Source: Geosiphon pyriformis uo1 (Eukaryota; Fungi; Glomeromycota). Taken from it: 64,000 nucleotides of DNA. Positions 49,326 through 62,900 of this stretch are shown piece by piece. The DNA is taken from assembly GCA_016748015.1 (NCBI GenBank), contig JAAOMT010000303.1, positions 310,001 through 374,000 of the forward strand. Direction: 5' to 3'. Positions within the stretch are counted from its first letter, which is position 1; each line of letters opens with the position of its first letter. Below the pieces are notes generated by a model, which had not been told where the DNA came from, did no database searches, and saw only the letters and a list, made by a program, of their open reading frames with translations. The translations under genes were made by a program, and so were the position numbers.

Positions 49326-52300
49326 GATTAATACAATTTTAAAAAAATGAATAAGAAAACATGTAGTGCTCAATGTTTTGTCTAATTAATGGTCTAATTA
49401 ATATGCTTTTCTTAATTATGTTAATAATAATAATCCTTTTTCAAAAGTAATATGTAATATTAAGTTTGATGAGTTTTTACAAGTTGTCAAGAATTTACTT
49501 AATAAAAAAGCCACTGGTTTTTTTAGTATTCTTAATAAACTTTAAAAACATAATAATATGCAGATTTTGGGTGGTTTATTAAATATTTTCAATATGTGTT
49601 TAGTGTCAAACACAATTCTTACACAATAGAAAAAAGTCTGAATTTTTATAATACCAAATTTATATAATTAAAAGAAGGTTTTTATAAATACCAGACTAAT
49701 AGTCTTAATTAAAACAGCCCAAAAAATTTTATTTAAGATTTTTTCAGATAAAATCTCTTCAGCCTATAGTAATTTTGACATTTTGCATGGCAATAATTTC
49801 TCAGTTTAAAAAACACATTCATTCAAACTCTGATTTTTGCTGTTGGTTTTATTATTGAAAACATATTAAAAAAAGACAAAAAATTGTGGTTGGTTCTTTA
49901 AAACATATGTAAAATATACAATTCTGTTGAGTAATATTATTTGAAAAACAGTTTGGTTAAGATCAAGATGTGTTTTTGTTTTATTGAATTTTTTAAAAAT
50001 ATATATAATAATTAGATTAACTAAGTAATAACAGATTTTGGGCTTATGAAAAGGTATACTGTTTATAATAAACTAGATTAGAGTAAAATATTTTTGTCTC
50101 TGTTGTAAAAAATCTTCTATAATTTTTTGTTATATAAAATTAAAAAACATAACAGTTTGTATAATTACAGGTTAAATTCAAAATTTTTTATGTAAATTGG
50201 CAAACAGAATCTCAGAAATAACATGACATTTTTTTTAGTAACAAAGACTTTTGTGAATAACACAATTTAAATTGAAAATAGCATGGCCATTATTCAGCAT
50301 ATTTTAAATATAGCTAGTGAATTTTTTTAAATTAATGACATTTTAATTAATACAGATAAAATGGTTGTTATACTTATCAATTAAAAAATAGAAGTTCTTT
50401 GGTTAGTAATAAATAGGTCAAAAATTTCAATAGTTAAAAAAAATAAATCACATAAATACTTAAGCATTTTTTTGTCCATAGATGGTCTTTTCAAACCAAG
50501 TCTTATTAAAACTTATTCAGATATTAAGTTTTTCACAAATTTGGTTTTGAAAAAAGCCATGTTTAACAAGCAGTTTTTGTATCTGGTGTTTGCTATTTTG
50601 TAGTCAATAATTAGTTACAAATTACAATTTAATTATGTTTCAACAAGTGTGTATGAGAAGTAAAACAAAATGTTAAAGAAAAAGCTAAAACTCAAGACCA
50701 ATTTACTTAAGAATTTTCTTAATAAAGTCATTGCTTATTCTAAGTTATATAATTTAAAATTATTTAAACAAATACAAACTGAAAATTTTTTGGTGAATTT
50801 GGTAGTTTTTGCCAACTTAAAAAGCATTCTCAGCAGATTGTTTAAATACAGAACTATAAATTTGCAGACCATTAGTTAAATGTTTTAACAACTTTTTTGC
50901 TTTCTGATTATGTTGTTAATTAATTTTATAAACTACTTTTTAGCTGGTGTAACCAACACTCTTGCATTATGTGAATTTTTTTAAGCAATAATCTGCTTAA
51001 TGTTTTCCAAATTAATAGTAATATTACTATTGTAGATGTTTTGGGCTTGGAATAGTATTTGAATATAGTAAGTTTGTTAAAAAAATTTGATATTGTTGTT
51101 ACAAACCAGTTTCTAAATTGTCATAATACATGTTTTATATAAAATATATTTTACAAATAGAAAAAACTAGATCTTAGAAGTTTAGTTTCTGGTTAATTTA
51201 ATTTACTTATCAAGTTTATTAAGAATAGTAGTTTGGATAATAGTAATGCTTTGGGTTTTTATTTTACTTCTATTTATTATTTGAACAAATTTGGTTCTAT
51301 TTGCAAGTGGTTTTTAAAAATTAAGTCTAGTAATATAGTGTTTATATAGATGATTCAATTAAGAGTTTGGAATCTGTAAGTGCTTGTAATAGTATTGTTG
51401 TCTACTTTTTGGACATTAACATAAGTGTAAAAATTATAATAAATGGCTTGTTTTCTTCAACTCTGACAGAACTGCAAGCCATTGTTTTTGCTTTAAAATG
51501 TGTTTTAGTGTTTAACTTGGTTGTATTATTTATAAGTAATTAAGTGTTATTAAATATAAATGTCTTAATTAGAAAAAATATTATTTCTGATTTTTGTAAT
51601 AAATACTGAATAGAAAAAAAACATATTCATTAGGCCATTGTGTCAAAAAATCTGTGAGTTAATTGAAACAAAATTAAGAGTTATTCTGGAGTTATTGGCA
51701 ATAAATGTACCAATTTTTTTGCTAATGCTGCCACCATGTTTGATTTTACACTGCTTATTAGAATACTATGCTGCTTTTTTGTTATTGAAAGCAAATCTGT
51801 TTCTTAAAACACTTATTATTTTATTAGACATTTTTTTAAAGTTATTAGTTTTGTTGGTTGGAATTTCAAATATGCTGATAATGCTGTAGACAAAACTTTG
51901 TGTAGTCTGATTAATATGCATAGAACCTTTAATGTATAACATTCTAATAGTCAAATTTATTTAAGTTTTACTAGTTTAGTCTTTACAATACTTTGGTTTT
52001 ACTTTATGAAAACCCTATATTACTAATTGCCTATAGCCAAAAAAAAAAAATGATACAATTCAAATTATTTCAATGTATTATGCATTTAATGTAAATTGGT
52101 TAAGAACTTTAATTATATATTTTTTTGCATTCATAATAATTGTGTTAAAATAGATCTGATTTCAAAAATTATTAAAATATAGACTGATTTGTTGAGTGTT
52201 TGTGTTATTGACAATATAGTAATTCAGTTTTTGTATAAGACTGAATTTTTTAATCATTTATATATGTTGCTAGCCAAAGGTTTTGTGATGAAAGAGTAAG

Positions 52301-52730
52301 TAACTAATACAGTATGCTTATTGGATGGCAGATCTGATAATGTGTTGTTGGTCATTAATTTGGTTTGAAGTTTTATCAAAAGTTACAGATCTATTATGTG
52401 GTTGCTAACCATTAAATTAAAGATACATTATAAGAAACATAGTTTTTTACTATGTAATAAGTCTGTAATTTTGGCTGTATTTGGTTTGGCATCTGTGTGA
52501 TTTCTTAAAATAATTTATGATTTTGGTTTTAAGTTAAGTGTTCATGTTTGTTTTGGTTTGTATTTTTGTTTATTTAGTATATATTTCAGTTTTTTGCATA
52601 ACTTCTTTGTTGTAAGTAATTTAAATACATAGTGGTGTTTTGATTGGTTCAAGTAGTTAGTTATATATAGAAAAAACATAAATCATACTTAATATAAAAT
52701 TTTATATGGTTTTATGATTTTAGGTGGTAG
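49326..52730 (+). mobile_element. Non-LTR (LINE-like) retrotransposon, RT + RNase H + C-terminal region, heavily degraded
   Basis: KKATG..I.N.L.K; IIP....K.F.NTR.I.LI.TA.KI; LWLVL.(D)..K.Y(D)SV; GL(D)Q(G); FV(DD)T near 50250; RNase H-like VYIDDS...SSTLTELQAI..AL.C at ~51340-51500. Confidence 0.8.
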
Positions 52731-52759
52731 TTAGACTATTAATTTAATTGTTTTTCAGA

Positions 52760-53896
52760 ATTTGGTCTTGATTTTAAAGTGTAGACACCACTTTTTTATG
52801 TTGGCCAATAAATTGTCTTAATTATATTATTATCTTACTATAATTGTTATATTCAATAGCAAGTTAAACAACCTGTTATATAAGTTCTCAAACTTTACTA
52901 TATTTTTGTTTCTTTTGTGTTGCAAGACATAAAACATTGGTAATGGTTTTAAGTACAATTAAAGAATTTAAGACTATTATTTCATCAGAAGAATTTTTTG
53001 CAGCCTTTTAATTTACAAAGCAAAAAGCTTTAATAACTAAATTATTGTATCTTTTTTATTAGTATATTATTATAAGAGTATTATTTGAATATAAAACTTC
53101 ACAATTTTTGAATGTAGAATTACTTAAAAATATGGTAATAAATAATACTACAAGATATACTAAACAAGCATAAACAAAAATAAAAAACAGAATCAACAAT
53201 TATAATGAAATGTGAATGTTTGCTGTTTTTTAGTTATAAGTTTGTAACTTTCTATACTTTTTTGATGTTTTTTTTATTAACTTCAACAACTATTGATTTT
53301 AATAAAATTTGTTTTATATTATACAGATTTTTAATAAAATCACTTGTTATATTAGAACTAAAATCCTAAAAATTAAAATATTATTAGATAAATAATTTGA
53401 AAAAGTACACTAAGAAATAAAATTTTTTACCTTATTATAAGTATTAATATTTAATAATAATTGATTTACAATAAAGTATAAGTATTGTGTTGTTTTTAAA
53501 TGTTTTATTAATAAAATATAAGACATAAAGTATTAAGTTATTTGTTTGTTAATCTCAAGAAAGAGATTATAACCAACTGATGTAATTTTTATACAAGATA
53601 AAAGTATATAATATTCAAAAAAACAATTCTATTTTGCCTTATTTTCAAGTTTTGTATTTAATACACCAGTAAGATTACATAAACTGCTATTTGCTAAAAG
53701 CATATATTTAATAATATTGTTAAAATCTTTAATATGAGAAATAATTTAAGTTCTTACAGTAAATATTTTTAATGTGAATGCAGACTTATGCTTATTGGTT
53801 AGAATAAAAAGCTTTTATTAGATAATCTTTAGCATTAATGTATATTTTAATAAGTTATAACTATTGTTCATAGAAATTTTTTTCACATAAACTATT
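52760..53896 (-). pseudogene. Mutator-like (MULE) transposase, C-terminal part with SWIM-type zinc finger
   Basis: C(R)NSLCE..F...; AKDYL...; FT......SH.(E).FNNIIK; HFIII.....CLCL..ISCSII..H at ~53130-53220. Confidence 0.7.
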
Positions 53897-53900
53897 ATAA

Positions 53901-54663
53901 TGTTATGGATTGAAATAACAAGCTAACAAATAGCAAAGAAGAACAGTATTGTAGAGTAATAGAAATAATCAAAAAGAAAATTACAATAAGAGAATAAATT
54001 AAATAAGTAAGGATTCAATGTGTATGATCAGTCTTATAAAAATCACAGTTGCAAATCTTTTCTGGAAATCTGAAGGTAGAGAAATAATTTATGATTGTTA
54101 ACAAATTAACACTATTAATATTATTCTATATCTTAACTTGGTAATTTTTAGAATTAATAACAGATATTGTTGTGCTTTTTAATTATTTTTTTATTCAAAT
54201 AAATCACAAGAGCAAGCAATTACTTTTCAGGCTAATTCTAACAAATACAAATCAAAAAGAGGAAAAAATAAGATATGTGAATACCAATAAGTAATTTTTT
54301 ATCCCAAAATGTTCAGATGCTTAAGTATAGGGAAAAAAAAATAAGCAATATAAAAAAAAATAATTAATAGTGTGTTTTATCTTGTTACTTTAATCATGTC
54401 TTTCTATAGCTAAAAAACTTATTGCTTATATAGTTATTAAAAATAGTTAATAACTAAGTCAATAGTCAGGTCAATAATCAGATCAATAATCAAGTCAATG
54501 ATCAGATCATTAATCAGGTCAATAATCAGATCAATAATTAGATCAACAGTTAGATTATTAATCAGATCAATAATTACTATCTAAAAATAGGGTGGTTAAT
54601 TATATGACATCAATAACCAATATATGTAATAACTAATAAAAAGTATGGGTTTTAATTATAACA
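53901..54663 (-). repeat. 3' LTR of element F
   Basis: TG...CA ends; PPT adjacent (54664-54680). Confidence 0.92.
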
Positions 54664-55273
54664 TCATTCTCTCTAAAGAGATTGAGCTCTGATAAAATCA
54701 ACCTATTTATGAAATAATCTATTTAAAAAGTTTTGTCTAATTTAAAGCTAACTAGTTTATTGAAGTCTTTGATAGATAAGGTGTATAATATTTGAGACAA
54801 AATAAGTTTTGTGTTCAAAAAACTAAATCTTTGTATTAGAGTTTTGGCTTTTTTAGCAATAGTTAAAACTTTTGGAATATTTAACTGTATAATACCCAAA
54901 ATTTTTATTTGTATCTCTGAAGTTGTTTTTTTCAGGAATTTTATATTTTTTATAATTTCACCAAAGTGACCATAGAGTTCTAATTGCCTTTCATAGAACA
55001 AGTTTTTGTCTATAAACAAAATTTTTTGAATTGTTTTTCCAATTGTGTTAGAAGATCGAAGTATAGCTGCTGTTATACTTTCTAACAGATATTTATCTAT
55101 TTTATTACCAATTTTTTCTCTTCTGATAGTGGTTTTTTTGGGTCTAATAACAGTATGTGTTCTATTATTATCAGTTATAATGGTCTGTTTTTCAATGATT
55201 AGAGTAGTATTTGAATAGTTTTTGATCTAATACTTATGAAGAATATAGAAGGCATTTTGAATGTTTTAATCTA
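54664..55273 (-). pseudogene. ORF3 of element F
   Basis: Contains ORF 54723-55019; homologous to the split ORF3 of A. Confidence 0.62.
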
Positions 55274-55330
55274 GAAAATAATTATTTATGTTGATTAAAG
55301 ATATCTCTGTTTTGGGAATGATGCATTTAT

Positions 55331-56646
55331 TTATATCTAATTTTTGCTAATTATTTGAGTTGGTATTACCACAACAGACAACCAATCAGGTCGTTTATAA
55401 TATTTTTTAAGTTATATATCATGAACAAGACAATCATTGAAGATTGTTCTGAATTGATCTTAAAGAATATAAAAACTATTGTTCAAAACTTTGTTGATTA
55501 AAAAGAGTTTTTTTCACTAACTAGAAAATTTATTATCATAAACATTGTTTCTATCTAAACAGTATTTTAATACCAAGTTACCAACACTTAAGGAAAGTGT
55601 TTTATAGGTTTTTTTTTTATAAGCTTTTCTTAGAACTGTTTTATCTTTTTAAAAACAATTATTTGTGCTTTTATCAAAAAGTCAAGAATAATACCAAATT
55701 TTCTTTGCAAAATGTTTTTATAATTTCTTATTGTGATTTTTTTAAAAAATATTATTTCAATGTTAGTTTCTATTGATAATGTTGCTATGTATCTATAGAC
55801 AGATAAAAAGATTTATAATTTGTTATGTTATAATTCACAGTTTTATAAGCAAACAAAGTTGAAGGCAGTACTTTGTCCTATAAGTTTGTTTTTTTACTGG
55901 TTTTGGCTAAGGTTTCATATAGTGTTTTATTGAAATATTCTACTAAGCCATTTGTTTAAAGGTAGTAAAGGGAGGAAAGTTTATAACATATTCTCATTTT
56001 TTTGCAAAGTTCTTTAACCAGTGTATTGAGAAAAGCTTTTCTTCTATCAGATAAAAGTTTTTTAGGACAGCCATGATGACAGATAATATTTTTATAAATA
56101 AAATTGGCTATTGAAACTGCTGTTTGGTCTGAAATGGCTTTTGCTTCTATCCACTTTGTAAAATAGTCAGTAGTTGTGATAATATATCTATTATTATTAG
56201 AAGTTATTGTTAAAGATCTAATAACATCTATGCCAATTCTGTCAAATAGTTGATTAACAAAGATTAAATGAATATTTTTTTTGTGATTAGATTTTTTTTT
56301 TTTTTGGCAGACATTACAGATTTTAATGTACTTAGTAATGTCTTTTTCTAATGTAGGCCAATAATAGCAAATTAAAGTTTTCTGTATTGTTTTTGTTTTT
56401 CCAAAGTGTCTGACTAATAAATTAGTATACATATTGTAGATCACAATTTCTTTTTTTTTAAATCTGATGACTCTTTAGAGATGGTCAAAATCTTTTCTGT
56501 TTTTTTTATATAATTAATTATGGCAAATCAAATAGAAATTTGATTGTTTGTGCAAATGGTTTTTTTGCTGTCAAGTGTATTCTGGTAGGTATTGTTTTTT
56601 ATCCAAAAATTCCATTAAGACAGAGTAGTTGTCCAAATTTATTATT
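55331..56646 (-). pseudogene. Integrase of element F in a separate ORF
   Basis: ORF 55956-56444: CNVC, FDRIGIDVI, DYFTKWIEA, LLSDRR. Confidence 0.85.
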
Positions 56647-56703
56647 ATGTTTGTTTTATGAAGAAGTTACTAATAATTAAGTTGGTTTGGTTAAGAAGTT
56701 GTA

Positions 56704-59396
56704 TTATTACTAGATGATAAGTCTAGAAAGAGTATTGATATTTTGATAATTTGCTTTTTTATAATGTTGAATGTTATAGTCGAATTTATCCAAATGGAAT
56801 ATTCAACAAGTTATTCTTTTGTGTTCCAGCTTTTTTTTATTGCACAGCCAAACCAAGACTTAATAATCTGTTACCACTAAGAATTTCACACCAAAAAAAT
56901 ATTGATTTTAATAACTTGTAGTTCAAACTACTGTTAAGCATTCTTGTTCAATAACTGAATAGTTTTTTTCTGTTGGTGTAAAAGTTCTATTGGTATATAC
57001 TATAGCATGTTTTCTGTTATTTTCATTTTTTTGTGAGAAAACAACACCAAGTCCATAGCCAGATGTATCAGTGGGCAAGATAAAAGGTTGGTTTAGATTA
57101 GATTGTTTAAAAATTGGTTCAGTAACAAGTTTTTTTTTCAGAGTTTTAAAAGCTTTTTGTTAATGAATGTCCTAATGATAATTGACATTTTTTCTGAATA
57201 GCTGATTAAGAAAAAAGACAATTCTGAAAAAATTTTTGATAAATTTGTGATAGTAAAAAACCAAACCAAAGAAAAAGTATAATTTAAGAACATTCATTGG
57301 TTGTTTAATGTTCTGGACTTTTTTAACTTTAGCTAAGTTAGAGAAGATTCCATTTTTTGTAATAAGATGACCAAGAAACTGGGTGGATTGTCATTTAAAA
57401 AAAATTTTGATTAGGTTTATCTTAAGGCCAGCATTTCTAAAAAGATCAAAAATCTTTTGCAAATATTCAAGATATTTATTCCAGATTTTTGAGTATACTA
57501 TTATGCTGTTTAAGTAGACTAGAACAAAGTTTTCTTTTACTGATTTAAACACTTTGTTTATTAGACATTGAAAGATGGGTAGAGCATTGATGAGACTAAA
57601 AGACATTATTGTAAATTCATAAGTGCCATACTTAGTAATAAAGGCAGTTTTCTTTTTGCTTTCTGAATCCATCTCTACTTGCCAAAATCTAGCAATTAAG
57701 TTAATAGTTGAGAAGAAAACAGCACCATTGAATTTGTTTAGCATTGTATCAATTTTAGAGAGTAGATATATGTCTTATAGTAATGATATTTAATTGGTAA
57801 TAGTCAACACAGAAGCATAGGGTTTTATCTTTTTTAAATACCACTACAACTAAAAAAGTTCATTCACTCTTGGTTTTTTATATAAATTCAAGATTTTTCA
57901 TTCGGATTTTTTTTTTTTAATGAACTCATCATTGTGTTAATTGGATTGATAAGGCTTTAAATAGATAAGACAAGTTTCTTTGGTGATAATAGTGTGTTGT
58001 ATCACATGGATTCGTTCAGAGGTATCACTTTCTTTTGAAATAACTGAATTATTTCTAGCCAACAGATTTTTAATGTCTACTTTTTTTTCTTCAGAAAAGA
58101 GTTTTTTTTGTTTTACTACAAGTAATTAGATTTCAGGTGGTTTATTTTCAAAGAACTTCTGTACTTTTTTTATTTCTTCTCTGAGTATCAAACTAATTGG
58201 CTCTTAATCTTTGTAATAGATTAGGCAGGACTTGCATTCATTACTAGGAGAATACAAAAGTTTATCATACTAGCACCTGGCACAAAAACCATGCTACCAA
58301 TAACTGTATTTGGCTTTCTTATTAAGTTTTCTATCAAAAATTTTTCTGAAAATATCATAGTAAGGCCAAAAGATTAGCTTGTTATTTATAATGATTTCTT
58401 TTCTGTCAGCTTTGACATTATCTAGTGGCTTGTTATTGCTGATAAAGATGGTATAAGTAAGTTCAGCAGTTTTCTTTTGCTTTTTTTGTTTTTTTTCTTT
58501 ATCATTCTTATTATTATCTGATTTATTTAATTGTTTTTTTTTTTGGTTTTGCTTGAATACTAAAGAGGTTGTCTAATAATAACACTTAACTACAATGGGC
58601 TTCTCATTACATCTGATGGTTAGCTCATAAAGTTTATAGTTAAGTAATGTTTTGGCTTTCTTAAACCACTCATTGTCAACAATTATGGTGTACTTTTTTG
58701 CTTCAAATACTTTATGTTAGTTTTAATACTGATGCTATTGATGCAAACAAAAACAGCTTTGGCTATGCCCAGACTTTTCTTCTTGTCACCATGTACATTG
58801 GTCATAGATCAAATAAAAGATTCATCAATTTTTCTTCCAATGGTTTTCAGAAAGTGTTTGGCAATTATGCTAACAAATAATCTACTGTTTAGAATTAAGT
58901 CAATAAAATAACCAGTTACTTGGGCTTTGCAAATAAGAGGAGTAATATTGCTGTTGTTAGCAAGTCTAGCTTGATAAGAGCACTTGTTGGTTTTTGGTGT
59001 TTTCTTCTTTGAAATTAATAATTTGCAAAAATTTTTTCTGAACTGTAAATAAGTCATTAATTGGCCAAATGTAATATGTGCTGGAATTTTTATAAAATCT
59101 TTAACAATAAAATAGGGACCAGATTTTTATACTATTTCTGAGGGTTCTAACTTTGGAAGATTTTTAAAAACTTTAGTTTTTGGTGGCTCATTGTTATTAG
59201 CAGTTGATATAAATGCTTTGTTTGGATCCAAAACAAAATCAACTTTGGCTTTCTTCTTTTTTCTTGTTAATTCAGAGGTATTTATTGGTAGTTTATCTAT
59301 ATTATAGTTATTATCAATTAGGTTAAAAGTGAAAAAAAGATTTTCTTCTGGTTGGCTTGCACTTTTATCCTTTGGAGGTGTATTTACTAGTTTAAA
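56704..59396 (-). pseudogene. pol: pol of element F (protease, CxxC insert, RT, RNase H)
   Basis: ORFs 58809-59057 and 57391-57744; ends at TAG TAA TAA (56704-56712). Confidence 0.85.
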
Positions 59397-60924
59397 GGCT
59401 AATAAACAGTGGTTTTAACTAGGAGATTCTTTCCAAAGAAATTGATATTGACATGATTGGTTCTTTGATTAGAGACATTGTTGTTATTGGTTCTATTGTT
59501 TTGGTTATTATTATTTCTAAAAGCTGGAGAAAACAAAGAAGAATTGTTGCAATCTTTAGAAAAATATTTAATTAATTCACAGTAATAAAACACAAGTGAG
59601 CCACAATTTTGTTGTCTTTGATAAAAGAAATGTTAAGACTGATTAAAACGGGTTTTAAATCTAGATCTTTGTAATTGTTTGTTATTTTTGACTGCTTGAA
59701 TTAAGAGTTCCAATAACCAAGCAAGATTGGCTGTAAGTTTATCTATCAACTGTTTATTTGGGTTTTGAGTTTGGGCAGCAAAGAAGATAGCAGCTATTTG
59801 GAAAGCAGGAGTCATAACAAAAGCAGAAGCAAAAACTGAAAATGTAAATTCTAGGTGCATTTTTTGATTGTCTAAGGAAGTTCAATAGCCATATCTATTG
59901 TGAGATTATTTTTTAGAGCCAGAAAGGGCCAAAGAGCATAGGAAAGATCAGTTTTTAATTTTTTTGTAAAAAAATAAATCTTTTGCTTTTTTGTTCAGTT
60001 TTTTTTAAAGTCTACTTACTTAATTAACTTTTTGATTGCTTTGGCATACTCAGTTACAACTTTATCAGAATCTTGGGTTCTCTTTTTTAATTTTATGTGT
60101 CATTTGGATATTAAGATAAGAATTCTAAATTTAGTTTCAAACCAGATTGTAAAAGAGGTGTTTTTTTCTTTAGCATTTGTTGGTATTCATCTAATGATTC
60201 TTTGGTAAGCATCAGCATCAGTTTTTTGTGAAAACCAAGTAGCAGAAAAGCCTTGGAGATAACCACCAACAATTTAAAACTTATATTCAGCATTTTATTA
60301 ATTAGCAGTGACTGTTCTTTCAAAATTATTTAATCATTTAATTGTGTCTTGTGTATTATTTTTAAATAAAGATAATAAGGTATTGTTTCTTTACCCTAAA
60401 GCAGTTGTATGTCTTGAAGAGTGACCAGAATATTTTGTTGCATAGGATTATTAGCCATTGGTTTAGGAGTAGCTATTTGTGTAGAATGTTCTGATTTACT
60501 TAAGAAAAGATCAAAAACAGAAACAGTTTGATAGTTTTCTTCTTCTGTTTTAAAGAATATTTCAGCTAGCTAATAGACAGCAATCCAAATGTGAATTTGG
60601 TGATTTAGGTATTCAGAATCAGAGAACTGTTGTTCAAAGGTTGTGGAATATAAAAGCTGATTGATACTGTTGTTTTTTTTTAAAGATGTCTTCAATATAA
60701 GCTTGGTCAAAATAATAGGTTGTATAAACTGTGTAGGTTTTAGCTAAATGCTCATTTAGGAACCAGTTTCAAAAGTTTTGAAATTTTCTACTGGATTGTT
60801 TTTCAATGAGAAAGCAAATCAAACAAGAGAGCAAAAAATTAAGTTCAATAAAGTTTAGATCATTTTTGTTGTATGCTTTAAAGTGTTTTTCTAATTGTTG
60901 TGGCAGATATAAATAATCACCCAT
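59384..60924 (-). pseudogene. gag: gag of element F
   Basis: ATG at 60924; ORFs 59633-59860 and 59399-59593 with a decayed CCHC knuckle. Confidence 0.75.
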
Positions 60925-60976
60925 ACAATAAGAAACAAAGTGGATTTTAACAATCTTACAAAGAGTACTACTTTTA

Positions 60977-61691
60977 TGTTACAGGTTGGAGTAATAAGCT
61001 AACAGATAGCAAAGAAAAACAGGATTATAGGGTGATAAAAATAATCAAAGAGAGAATTACAATAAGAAAGTAAATTGAATAAGTAAGAATTCAATGTGTA
61101 TAATCAGTCTTATAAAAATCACAATTGCAAATTTTTTCTGAAAATCTAAAAGTAGAGAAATAGTCCATAATTGTCAACAAATTAATACTACTAATATTAT
61201 TCTATGTCTTAATTCAATGATTCTTAGAATCAATAACAGGTATTATTGTGCTTTTCAATCATTTTTTTATTTAAATAAATCACAAAAGCAAGCAATTACT
61301 TTTCAGACTAATTTTAATAAATACAAATCAAGAAAGAAAAAAGATAAGATTTGTAAATGCCAATAAGTAATCTTTTATTTCAAGATGTTTAAATACTTGA
61401 AGGTAAAGAAAAGAGAATAAGCAATATGAGAAAAAATAATTGATAATGTGTTTTATCTTATTATTTTGATCATGTTTTTCTACAGTTAAAAAATTTATTA
61501 CTTATATAATTATTGAAAATAGTCAACAACCAGATTAATAATCAAGTCATTGATTAGGTTAATAATCAGGTCAACAGTTAGATTATTGATCAGATCAATA
61601 ATTACTATCTAAAAATAAGGTGGCTAATTATATGACATAAGTGGCCAATACATGTGATAACTAATAAAAAATATGAGTTTCAACCATAATA
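60977..61691 (-). repeat. 5' LTR of element F
   Basis: Repeat of 53901-54663, ~48 bp shorter in the 12-bp array. Confidence 0.92.
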
Positions 61692-61695
61692 ATAA

Positions 61696-62900
61696 CATAA
61701 AAAAAATCATGAACAAAGCTTTTATATTAATTATAAAGCTTTAATTTAAGATTTTTTAGTAAGTTTTCATTAATGTAAAAAATACAATAAATTTGGTAGA
61801 TTGTTTTGTATATTTGAACAACTATTACATTTGCTATAAGATTAGCATTAGTAATAAATATTAATAGTTTTGTTATTGTTGCTTTTTTGTGTATTCTAAA
61901 ATCTATTTATATGATTTGGCAGTTTTATCTAATATAAAGACTTGTGCAATAAGATGGAATCTTGTGTTATTGTTTGCAATAAAAAAAATAAAAAATGGCA
62001 TTTGATAGCAGTTGGTCTTTGTTGTATTATTATTTAAAACAATATTATGGTATTTTAACCAAAGAAAAACTTGTATAAAAGACATCTAAAATATACAAAT
62101 AAGCTGATTTTTATTAATTTCAAACTCTATAACCCATTTAAAATCATTTGATTTGTGATTTATAAGAGTTGTTAACAAATAGAATATATTGTGTTTTTTA
62201 TTGTCATGAATTTTAAATCTTTGTATTGTATTTGTAAAGTTACAATCAAGAATAAATGCTATTAAAAATTTTACTTTTAATAATATTTTTTGAATGGTAA
62301 TTAATAGATTTGTATATTCCATAAAAAATTGAATCTTTTAAAGAATGTTATCTGAAATTTTTTGATACATCAATGCATATTTTCTAGTATTAAAATATAA
62401 TAAATGATTGTGTGTATTATTAAGAATAATGAAAATTATTTTGTATAAGTTTTTGATGCAGTTAATATTGGTATGTCAACTATATTCTTGATGTTTTGAT
62501 TTGGTATTCTGATAATTTTAAACATTGATTTTTTTTTTGGTTTATATTGACTGCCAAATTCACATTCAAAAGTGCAATGTTTAATGTTTTCATCTGAATA
62601 TTATTTTAATCTTTTTTGAATAACTCTAAATCCTTGTTGTTTACTATAGATTTTTATAATTATGTTAACATTTTTCTATGTTTCAAAAACATAACTGGTG
62701 CAAAGTTTTATAGCTAAATAAATGTAAAAAAATCTAATACTAAATATAACTAAAATTATAATCAAAAATTTTATCTCTATTTATAGGTACTTGGTTACTT
62801 AATTGAAATAAGTCTTTATTAATGTAATTTTGAAGTTGATTGGCCAGCTTTACATTAAAAATAAGTTTTAAATTAAGATAAAAATTACTTTAATTTTTTA
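61696..62900 (-). pseudogene. Mutator-like (MULE) transposase, N-terminal part (FAR1-type DNA-binding domain + MULE DDE domain)
   Basis: QQGFRVI.KR...F.CEFG.QY.PKK...HNH; F(W)MS..Q..LW..YH.IVL.(D)NT.KTN.YQMP...F...NN....L.AQ....D.T..SY (ORF 61903-62085); HCIF.I..NL.KNLK; joins 53896 across the TSD. Confidence 0.78.

Larger units (their letters stand above)
53901..61691 (-). mobile_element. Ty3/gypsy LTR retrotransposon F (family 1, sister copy of A), uninterrupted, 7791 bp
   Basis: LTRs 53901-54663 and 60977-61691; TSD ATAA (53897-53900 / 61692-61695); colinear with A throughout. Confidence 0.93.

Noticed and set aside
435-61691. Giant inverted repeat (A vs F) as the TIRs of one large DNA element or a segmental inversion
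   Set aside because: A and F each have their own LTR pair and TSD in different hosts (LINE vs MULE), so they are independent insertions in opposite orientation
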